From a virus: a stretch of 64,000 nucleotides of DNA. Where the stretch lies: the IMG/VR virus record IMGVR_UViG_3300017783_000001; one strand, given 5' to 3'. Shown here piece after piece: positions 56,389-64,000 of the stretch. The position numbers and the translations under genes are program-made. A model generated the notes under the pieces. That model was given only the letters and a program-made list of their open reading frames with translations, had not been told where the DNA came from and ran no database searches. The stretch's first letter is position 1; every line of letters begins with the position of its first letter.

Positions 56389-58353
56389 TTAGCTTCCTTT
56401 TACTTTAGCGGCAAGGTCTTTGTCTGCCCCACCCCAAGTTCCACTTGATTTAGTTATAAATGAATTTACTCTAGCAAACGCCCATTGGTGTTGACTAGCC
56501 CCAGGTCTATGTCCACCTTTCCAGGCAGCCATTCCTCTATCGTATACTTTCTTTAGAATACCATATGGCATTCCAGATTTTTCTGCTTTGTTTTTTAATC
56601 CTTCAATTGCTTCATACATTTCTTTTGCAGGATGATTTTTGTTTTCAATGTTAAGTTTCTTCTTAACCATATTAGTAGCAGTTCCGTATCTAACACTATC
56701 GCCTTTCTTACCGTAAGCGTCTTTAAATTTCTTCTTCGGTAATTCATCAGCCATTTTATGTACTTGTTTGATTTGACCTTTAGTCATATCAGTATCTTCT
56801 TTTTTCTCTTTATTCTTTGGTTCTTTATATCCATTTGCGAAAGCAGCTTTTCTTTGTGCGTCTGAAGCAAAGCCTTCGTTAGTTCTTTGTAATACTTTTT
56901 GAACATCTGGATGGTCAGATAAACCTTTTGCGATTTTTTCAATTGCCTTAATGGCACCTGTCATATCGCCACCTTTATATCTCTTATCGTTTGCAACGCC
57001 ATATGCCATTTTGATTTGTTGTGAAGTAAATGTAGCTTCTGAAATAACTTCTTCTTTTACATTTTTCTTTTGTTTATCTCTTAATATCTTTTGTGCTAAT
57101 CCAACTTGTAATGGAACTTCTCCTGTATCAGGATTTGGTTCTGGTTTGATTGCTTTATTCTTTTCGTTTTCTAATTTTGTTTTTAACATATGTATCTGGT
57201 CTTTAAGAGCGTCTACATCAACTTTAGGTTCATCTTTCTTCTCTTTCTTCAAGTCTTTAAACTTAATCTTACCAGATTCAACTTCACCATTTTCTGTTTC
57301 TTCTGTAAACTTAACTGGTGCTAATACCGTACCGTGTGTTTTTGGGTCTAGTACTACCATCATTTCTTGTCCTGGTGTAGTCTTCTTATAATCTTTATTA
57401 ATCTTTTTGAAATTTGCTTTACTGATTTCAACAGGACCTTTACCAGTATATTTGTAATCTCTACCAGCAAGTACTGCCTCTTCAATTTTACTTTCAGTCT
57501 TTAAGTGAGACCTAGTTGCTAATTGCATATCTAAAATTTTTCTCATATTACCTTTTAGTTCAATACCACCAGGTACATCTGATACTTTTAATCCGTGTTG
57601 TTTTGCAAGTGAAACCATATTTGATTTCTCTTTTTCATTTGTGAAACCTTTAATAGTTCCTGTACCTTCGTTTAATTCGTCTTCTTCTTTAGTTAGTATT
57701 CTAGTGTCTGGGAAGTTATCCATTACTTTTTTATGGATTGCTTCTACATCTTTTGCACTATCAATTCTAACTTCTGAACCAGATTTAGAAATTTCTCCAC
57801 CACCTGTTTTACCTTTAAACATATTTGCAATCTTACTTGCTTCACCACCGTTCTTTGCCATATACTCTACATAATCAGTATATTCTAAAATAACTTGGTC
57901 CCAAGATTTGTTTTCAAATGCTGAAAGTTTTACACCTTTAGGTACTTTGATACCTTTTTGTATCATACGACTAACTGCCATTGCTGAAATAAAAGGAATG
58001 TCTGCTTTGAAGAGTTTAGGAAGTTGTGCGTCTGCAATTTTGTCAAAGATGTTTCTTAACTGATTTGCTCTTGCGATAGATATTCTCTTACCTGCAAGAC
58101 TAGCATATTCTGCTTTTAACTTTTTGATTTGTTGGTCTGTAAATTCAACCAGTTGTTCTTCCTTGATGTCTTCTTCACCTAGAATAGTTTTAACGGTTGC
58201 AACAGGCAACTTCATTTGTTTTGCAATGTCTTCAGCTGATTTACCTTGGTCAAAAAGAGTAGCAATAGTCTTCATCTTGCCTTCGTCAATCTGAATATCG
58301 TTTGCCCACACCTCTTCTAGTGCTTCTCTCATTGTTTGTGTATATCTTGTCAT
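56389..58353 (-). CDS. Modular head-internal polyprotein candidate
   Basis: Short domains separated by (I/L/V)xE linkers; C-terminal VYDRGMAAW..GHRPG...QWAFARVNSF domain. Confidence 0.7.
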   Translation of the reverse strand: MTRYTQTMREALEEVWANDIQIDEGKMKTIATLFDQGKSAEDIAKQMKLPVATVKTILGEEDIKEEQLVEFTDQQIKKLKAEYASLAGKRISIARANQLRNIFDKIADAQLPKLFKADIPFISAMAVSRMIQKGIKVPKGVKLSAFENKSWDQVILEYTDYVEYMAKNGGEASKIANMFKGKTGGGEISKSGSEVRIDSAKDVEAIHKKVMDNFPDTRILTKEEDELNEGTGTIKGFTNEKEKSNMVSLAKQHGLKVSDVPGGIELKGNMRKILDMQLATRSHLKTESKIEEAVLAGRDYKYTGKGPVEISKANFKKINKDYKKTTPGQEMMVVLDPKTHGTVLAPVKFTEETENGEVESGKIKFKDLKKEKKDEPKVDVDALKDQIHMLKTKLENEKNKAIKPEPNPDTGEVPLQVGLAQKILRDKQKKNVKEEVISEATFTSQQIKMAYGVANDKRYKGGDMTGAIKAIEKIAKGLSDHPDVQKVLQRTNEGFASDAQRKAAFANGYKEPKNKEKKEDTDMTKGQIKQVHKMADELPKKKFKDAYGKKGDSVRYGTATNMVKKKLNIENKNHPAKEMYEAIEGLKNKAEKSGMPYGILKKVYDRGMAAWKGGHRPGASQHQWAFARVNSFITKSSGTWGGADKDLAAKVKGS

Positions 58354-58367
58354 CTTATATTTCTCTC

Positions 58368-58649
58368 CTAAAATTCCTTTATTTCTATAATTAGTCTACC
58401 TTCACCTTTGTGTACTCTATGAAATGTTTCCTTTGGTATATCAAAAACATCTCCTACTTTCATAATGACTGGGAGTTTATTATCCATTTGTAATTTCCAA
58501 TTAACTCCTGCAATAATTCTTATCGTTCTATTTCGTCTATCTCGGTGCCAAACTAAATTCTCTTCTTTGGCGTCTTGTCCGAAACTCCGTTGAAAGAAAT
58601 CGTCCGTTTTTGTTTCGTCCGGTCTTTCATCATAAAATTCCATTGTCAA
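58368..58649 (-). CDS. Cupin-fold protein
   Basis: WHRD...IPKETFHRVHKG. Confidence 0.75.
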   Translation of the reverse strand: MTMEFYDERPDETKTDDFFQRSFGQDAKEENLVWHRDRRNRTIRIIAGVNWKLQMDNKLPVIMKVGDVFDIPKETFHRVHKGEGRLIIEIKEF

Positions 58650-58652
58650 CTC

Positions 58653-59192
58653 CTACCAGTAAAAGTTACCCCCACCCGATAGTCCTAATGACTTCGCATA
58701 ACGAGGTAAGTTGCAAGCCCAATAGGCAGCACTTGTTTTATCTTTTTGTTGGTCGCACTTATGACGAGCAGCAAAAGATTTTCTGGCTTGTTTGTCGTTT
58801 AACTTAACTCTTAAACCAGTAGTGTCTCCCCAAGTAACCTTCTTAATCTTATCTCCGTCCTTTACAAAAACATAAAACTTTTTAGGTCCACCTTTTTTTG
58901 GTTTATTTAAAGGCGGATTCTTTTCGTCTTCTTCTTGTATCGGACAATCTAAAGGTACTTTCATACCTTCATATTCAGCAAATTCTCCAATGTCTGTTTC
59001 TAATAAAGTTCTATCCCATTCACTTTCGCATTGTAATAGACCTTCATTAAACATATGTCTTGCTTCTCTAAACAAGGCATAAAACTCTTCGCTATGTACT
59101 CTATATATGTTCTCAGCAAGAGGTATGCTATTCTCAATATGATAGTTTAACGAGACCGTTATCTTATCTGCATAATCACTAAATCTTAACAT
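58653..59192 (-). CDS. Two-domain phage protein, head-internal candidate
   Basis: PIQEE linker then KKFYVFVK...RKSFAARHKC...YWAC. Confidence 0.72.
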   Translation of the reverse strand: MLRFSDYADKITVSLNYHIENSIPLAENIYRVHSEEFYALFREARHMFNEGLLQCESEWDRTLLETDIGEFAEYEGMKVPLDCPIQEEDEKNPPLNKPKKGGPKKFYVFVKDGDKIKKVTWGDTTGLRVKLNDKQARKSFAARHKCDQQKDKTSAAYWACNLPRYAKSLGLSGGGNFYW

Positions 59193-62103
59193 ATTCTTTA
59201 AAAGATTGTACTTTCAATCTCTCCTCCATTTTTTTCACAGCGTCATTCAATTCTACTTGATATTCTTCTCCGTATCGTTTCTTATATTTATCAATAGTCT
59301 CACTTGAAGAAGCCCATTTCTGTATATCTTCTTGGTTTATTGTCTCTGGACTCGTTTCTGCACGCTGTCCTGGGGTTACTCTTTTAGTATGGTCTGCATA
59401 ATCTTTACCTATCTCGTAAGATTCTTTACCATACATTTGTTGATATTTCTTTGTATGTACACTAGTAGTTGTCTTTGCGTCTTTATCTCCTGGTGCAGCT
59501 TTGTAATCTTTATCATTATCTGATTTATTATATTTTTGTTTAGAAAAGTGTTTTGCTCTTTTTTCTTTTTCACCTTTCTTCATATCTTTGTAATACTTTT
59601 TAGGTTGTGTACCTTTTTTAGATTTTACATCTTTATCTTGTGGTAATTTCTTACCATATTCTTCATTCATTTTGACTTCCGTTTCTGATACTGCTTCAAA
59701 ACCATAGTCTACATTTAAATTAATTTCGTGTAATTTAGTTTCATCTATGTTAGTCTGTGGAATACAATTCCATATCCAACATTTATGTAAGTTAGAATTA
59801 TTGTCTTCTAATACAACATAGTTTGTACTTCTACGAATTACTTTACCTGTAATCTCTTGTTCTTGGTCTTCAACACTATCGTTTATGTTAAATAGTTGTT
59901 CACGGATATACAAGTCTCTTAAATGCCATTTAGTAAAGCTTTCAACACTAGCGATAGGTTGATATGTTCCGATACCTGGTCCAGTATAACCTGCAGCCAA
60001 GTTCATTCCTTTTCTAATTAATCCAAATAGTTTATCTTTATCTCTAAAAGATGTAGGTAGACCTTGTTTAAAAGATTTAAGGTCATTAGATTGAGCCGCA
60101 GCTCTCATTTTACTTGCTGACATTCCCATAGCGCCTTCAGCGTCTGGGTCTCTTTCGCCAGCAGATACGATATTGATTTTATCAAACTCGTAATTTGTTC
60201 CTCTTGCTTGTACACCGTTGTACTTGTTTAGTAGTGTTTCAAATTCTCTTACTCTATCTGAACCAACTACCATTGTTATTTCGTTTGCTTTGCCATTTAA
60301 TTTATTAACAACTTCAATTGCTGTTCTAGCACCAGTAATTTGTTTTATCTTACTTGCGTGTCTAGGAAACATAGATTTCATAACTCTAATCTTGTCGTTA
60401 ACTTTTAATGGATTTTTCTTTGGGTCTTGCGAACCACTTGGCACAATGAGATAATCATTAGCACCTACAGACGCCACTTTGTTAATTAACTTTTCGTGGC
60501 CTATCGTTGGTGGATTAAATCTACCAAATGTAAATGCGATATGTTTTTTAGGTGTGCCTACTGCTTCAGTTTTTAGACTATCAATTTCTTTATCGGTAAC
60601 TATACCGTCATCTAAAATCTTCTTGCACTTCTTAAAGAAAGTAATGTAATGATATTTCTCTAACATCTTATAGATTACATTTTTAGGTAATCTGTTTTTA
60701 ATACTATACTTTCTGATTTCGTCTGGCGACATATCTGTATCAAACGCACTTCTTCTTTCTGCGTCAACACCGTCACCAATCTTTATTATGTCCTCTATAT
60801 CAGTTTCTATTTCTTCTAACTTACTCTCTACTCTTGCTTGTAAGTTTTCTATATCGTCAGGACTTAATTCTTTTAATTCGTCATAGTCAACAATGTCTCT
60901 TTTTAGTTCACCTTTGACTACATCTATTTCTTGTACTTTCTTATTGAAGTCAGCAATATAATCATCAACATTAAAAGTAAAATCTTCAGGTCTTTTAACA
61001 AATACATTTCTTGTAATTGAAAATACTGCGTCTGCTTTTTTCTCTTGGTCTTTATATGTTGCTTCATCGGTTACAAAATAATAGTTAATAGGATGTTTTG
61101 TACCAGGTATTAATTTACCTTGTATGTTATTTGGATTCTTTGATGAAAGATATTGTAAAGATAGTCTTTCTCTTTCTGCAACTCTTTCACTTTCAGGTAC
61201 ATCAAATAATACATTGATGTCTAGGTCTGCGTCATTTCTATATCTATGTGTTAGAATAGAACCAATCAAACCATACTTAATAACTGGAAATTCTTTTTCA
61301 AATACTTTGATTTGGTCTTGTATTTGTTTTACTACACTTGCTTTTATTTTAGGATTATTTGTATCTGCATTATCAAATACAGCAGGTGCATATGTTTTTC
61401 TAGGAATGTCAATAATACTTTCCTGAATATCTACCATATTGATTAACTTATCTGCAATCTTTACAGACATTGTATGGTCAGATGGATAGTGCCAACCTGC
61501 AACAACTCTACCATAACCACATTCATCAGCAAGTTCTATTAGATTATCTTTATGTTTAGGATATAATTTACCATAGTATTCTGCAATTAGTCTACTTTGT
61601 AAACTATGACCAGATGGATATGCTGGTGTCTTCATACTATCAGAAATTAATTCCATACTATCAAAATCCATATTCATTTCTTTTGCAAGTTCATATGGTC
61701 TTGGTCTTTGAAATTTGTTTTTGTAATGTCTAACTACACCACTACCTGCTTTCTTTAATTCAGATATATCTTTCTTATCATATTCTAAATTATATTTCAT
61801 TAGGTATGCTTCAATACCATAAAATGTTTCTTGGTCGTGGTTCTTTACGCTTTCTACAACTGCACTATTTCTTTGTTTAAATAGTTCAGTCATCATTTCT
61901 AATTCTCTTTTAGTTTCAGGACTATCATTTTCAGAAGGTGCTTTAACATCTATTTTTTTCCAGTCACCAACAATATTCTGTACAGGTTTGTTGTCAACTT
62001 TAGGGTGTGTTAAATCATTCAAGTCTTCTGCTACAGACTTGCACTTCTTTAATAGTTCTTTAACATAGTCCATTCTATGTTTCTTTTGAAAATTATCTGG
62101 CAT
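59179..62103 (-). CDS. Multi-enzyme protein: PAP2 phosphatase, Pol-beta-like nucleotidyltransferase, HIGH-class cytidylyltransferase
   Basis: K..FQRPRP/YPSGHS/R...GWHYPSD; IGS...DADLD; FGRFNPPTIGH...MSASKMR. Confidence 0.85.
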   Translation of the reverse strand: MPDNFQKKHRMDYVKELLKKCKSVAEDLNDLTHPKVDNKPVQNIVGDWKKIDVKAPSENDSPETKRELEMMTELFKQRNSAVVESVKNHDQETFYGIEAYLMKYNLEYDKKDISELKKAGSGVVRHYKNKFQRPRPYELAKEMNMDFDSMELISDSMKTPAYPSGHSLQSRLIAEYYGKLYPKHKDNLIELADECGYGRVVAGWHYPSDHTMSVKIADKLINMVDIQESIIDIPRKTYAPAVFDNADTNNPKIKASVVKQIQDQIKVFEKEFPVIKYGLIGSILTHRYRNDADLDINVLFDVPESERVAERERLSLQYLSSKNPNNIQGKLIPGTKHPINYYFVTDEATYKDQEKKADAVFSITRNVFVKRPEDFTFNVDDYIADFNKKVQEIDVVKGELKRDIVDYDELKELSPDDIENLQARVESKLEEIETDIEDIIKIGDGVDAERRSAFDTDMSPDEIRKYSIKNRLPKNVIYKMLEKYHYITFFKKCKKILDDGIVTDKEIDSLKTEAVGTPKKHIAFTFGRFNPPTIGHEKLINKVASVGANDYLIVPSGSQDPKKNPLKVNDKIRVMKSMFPRHASKIKQITGARTAIEVVNKLNGKANEITMVVGSDRVREFETLLNKYNGVQARGTNYEFDKINIVSAGERDPDAEGAMGMSASKMRAAAQSNDLKSFKQGLPTSFRDKDKLFGLIRKGMNLAAGYTGPGIGTYQPIASVESFTKWHLRDLYIREQLFNINDSVEDQEQEITGKVIRRSTNYVVLEDNNSNLHKCWIWNCIPQTNIDETKLHEINLNVDYGFEAVSETEVKMNEEYGKKLPQDKDVKSKKGTQPKKYYKDMKKGEKEKRAKHFSKQKYNKSDNDKDYKAAPGDKDAKTTTSVHTKKYQQMYGKESYEIGKDYADHTKRVTPGQRAETSPETINQEDIQKWASSSETIDKYKKRYGEEYQVELNDAVKKMEERLKVQSFKEYVKI

Positions 62104-62767
62104 TTCTTTTCTTCGCTAGTTCTTGTTCTATCCATTTCTTTGCGACATAATTTTGAACAGGTTTTCTAACGAGTCCTCTAATTCGTGTGTAAACTTTGTT
62201 AAGTGTATCTTCACTTGCATTATTATTATCAACTACAATCATACTACCAGTACCAAATAGATTTTGAAATCTACCTATATTACTTTGTACAACATTCCAA
62301 CTCTTCGTTGCAATATTTACAGGCACGGTTCTAGTTCTAACTTTGTTTCTTTGTAATGCAACTTCTAAACTTGTATTTACAAACATCATATAAGTATCGT
62401 AACCTAACATTCTTAACATACTTCTTTGTTTATTAATAATATCATAGTCTCTACCTGTGGCGTCAATGACAAGACCTAATCTATTTCTAATATATAAGTC
62501 CATCTGGTCGCCTGTAATTTGTTTTGCTCTCGCTCTTAATGGGTCTCTTTGACCTGCTTCTTTATCTGGCATTTTTAATGAGAGACCTGCCTTCTTTAAA
62601 TACATTTCAAATCTGACATCTGAATTAACTAATTTTAAACCCATACCAGCAGTTGTTCTATTGGTAACATATGACTTACCAGAACCAGGACCACCTGCTA
62701 AAAAGAACGCTTTGAATATACCTGGGTCGTAAACGCCTTCTTGTATTATGTGTTTAAAAGTTTTCAT
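62093..62767 (-). CDS. P-loop kinase (zeta-toxin/AAA_33-like)
   Basis: LAGGPGSGKS, LVIDATG, SLEVALQRN..R.R. Confidence 0.85.
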   Translation of the reverse strand: MKTFKHIIQEGVYDPGIFKAFFLAGGPGSGKSYVTNRTTAGMGLKLVNSDVRFEMYLKKAGLSLKMPDKEAGQRDPLRARAKQITGDQMDLYIRNRLGLVIDATGRDYDIINKQRSMLRMLGYDTYMMFVNTSLEVALQRNKVRTRTVPVNIATKSWNVVQSNIGRFQNLFGTGSMIVVDNNNASEDTLNKVYTRIRGLVRKPVQNYVAKKWIEQELAKKRNAR

Positions 62768-63060
62768 ACTTTGTATAGAGTATACTTTAAAGTTAACTCT
62801 TCTCCTTCTTTTATATCTTCTAGTGTTTGTACATAATATTTTCCATCAACTTCTATCTTTTGACAATTAGGTTTATCACTATGATTTAAAAAACCACCAA
62901 GTGGTGTTCTATAAATTTCTCTACCCATAGTCAAATGAGAGATACCTAAATCTGTCATCTTATCAATTGTTGCTGTTGCAAATAAACCAAAACCTTCTAT
63001 TGGCGATAACTTTATTGTTATATTATCAGGTAAAGGTCTATACTTATCTGTCATCTCCAC
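62764..63060 (-). CDS. Minimal SET-domain protein
   Basis: SPIEGFGLFA, FLNHSDKPNC, DIKEGEELTLKY. Confidence 0.9.
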   Translation of the reverse strand: MEMTDKYRPLPDNITIKLSPIEGFGLFATATIDKMTDLGISHLTMGREIYRTPLGGFLNHSDKPNCQKIEVDGKYYVQTLEDIKEGEELTLKYTLYKV

Positions 63061-63361
63061 TACCTTGTATTTTGTTTCTTTCTTGTCTATCTTTTAATTT
63101 TTGTAAATTTAATTGTGCGATTGTATCTAAATCAATATCTAAATCTCTCGCAAGTGCTGATATGTACCATAACACATCACCTAATTCTTTTTTCATATCT
63201 TCTTTAAATGTAGGACTTGCACCGTCTCTAATATTCTTTTTAACTTTTTCTGCGACTTCACCTGCTTCACCACATAATCCTAATGCAGGATAAGTTACCT
63301 TACTTGCAAGTGGATAAATTGCTGTGTTTGCAGCTAGAGTTTGGTATTCATTAAATTGCAT
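63044..63361 (-). CDS. MazG-like nucleotide pyrophosphohydrolase
   Basis: LGLCGEAGEVAEKVKK, ELGDVLWY, GSGDDR. Confidence 0.9.
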   Translation of the reverse strand: MQFNEYQTLAANTAIYPLASKVTYPALGLCGEAGEVAEKVKKNIRDGASPTFKEDMKKELGDVLWYISALARDLDIDLDTIAQLNLQKLKDRQERNKIQGSGDDR

Positions 63362-63950
63362 TTTCTATCTCCTTAATAATGTCTTTCGCAATATCTCCAG
63401 GTTCTTTTCCTTCAGCTTTGATAGATATAAACCCAGGTCTTTTTTTGTAATGTTCAATGGCAGGTCCTGTTTCTTTTTTGTATAACTGGATTCTATCATT
63501 AATAATATCTGGCTTATCATCTTTTCTTCCTCTCTTTGTAAGTCTTCTAATAACTTCTTCATTACTCACATCAAGGAATACAACAACATCATAAGCGATA
63601 CCATTTTTTTCCATATCTCTTACTTGTTGCATATATCTAGGATAACCATCTAACACATAACCTTTTGAAGCGTCTTTCTCTTGTAATGCTTTCTTCACTA
63701 ATTTTAAAACTATATCGTTAGGTGCAAACTTACCTTGGTCTAATAAGTTCTTAATCTTTTGTCCTTCAGGACCACCTTTATCAATTTCTTTTCTTAATAA
63801 ACCACCTGGGTAAATATGTTTGATACCAAAGTGTCTTATAATGTATTCACTATAAGTTGATTTACCACTTCCTGGTCCACCCATTATAATAACTCTAGTT
63901 TGTTTTGCTTCGTTCAAAAAATTGAATAGATATTGTTTAAATGTATCCAT
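63351..63950 (-). CDS. adk: Adenylate kinase, short-lid type
   Basis: GGPGSGKST, GYVLDGYPR...Q, RGRKDD. Confidence 0.9.
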   Translation of the reverse strand: MDTFKQYLFNFLNEAKQTRVIIMGGPGSGKSTYSEYIIRHFGIKHIYPGGLLRKEIDKGGPEGQKIKNLLDQGKFAPNDIVLKLVKKALQEKDASKGYVLDGYPRYMQQVRDMEKNGIAYDVVVFLDVSNEEVIRRLTKRGRKDDKPDIINDRIQLYKKETGPAIEHYKKRPGFISIKAEGKEPGDIAKDIIKEIENAI

Positions 63951-63951
63951 A

Positions 63952-64000
63952 CTAACCTTTCACCCAATCTTTTGCAATCGTAAAGTTTGCTCTACTAAAT
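63952..64000 (-). CDS. C-terminal end of a T4-like conserved protein
   Basis: ...FSRANFTIAKDWVKG*. Confidence 0.6.
   Translation of the reverse strand, partial: FSRANFTIAKDWVKG

Noticed and set aside
62093-62767. Zeta/epsilon toxin-antitoxin pair
   Set aside because: No epsilon-like partner; context fits a phage P-loop kinase.
1-64000. Alternative genetic code or stop-codon reassignment
   Set aside because: Core genes translate full length under the standard code and end in TAA, TAG or TGA.

Overview
A 64-kb slice of an AT-rich, T4-like lytic myovirus genome, mostly coded on the minus strand. The host is probably a marine alphaproteobacterium of the SAR11/Pelagibacterales type, inferred from the permuted two-piece tmRNA, GTTC-N7-GTTC boxes and IscU/IscA/NfuA auxiliary genes. 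Contents in order: baseplate and tail genes (gp7 partial, 6, 25, PAAR, 5, 27-like, 53, 48, 4, tape-measure-like, 51, 26, 54-like, 2); replication and late-transcription genes (gp32, 59, 33, exonuclease, RNase H, RuvC-like, nrdB, nrdA, gp61 primase); Fe-S assembly genes; dispersed lysis candidates; many small membrane or secreted proteins; and a block (about 51.7-64 kb) of probable capsid-internal proteins and nucleotide enzymes. Signals the ORF track misses: (1) a programmed -1 frameshift fusing gp26 to gp51, like lambda G/GT; (2) a two-piece tmRNA whose intervening segment holds an SD-led 13-aa ORF; (3) a glnA-type glutamine riboswitch behind a T4 late promoter; (4) enzymes and polyproteins with T4-like capsid-targeting and gp21-cleavage motifs; (5) alphaproteobacterial LexA-like boxes; (6) leaderless sigma70 transcripts, including gp33; (7) context-dependent avoidance of short motifs. 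All calls come from reading the sequence by eye; no database searches were run.
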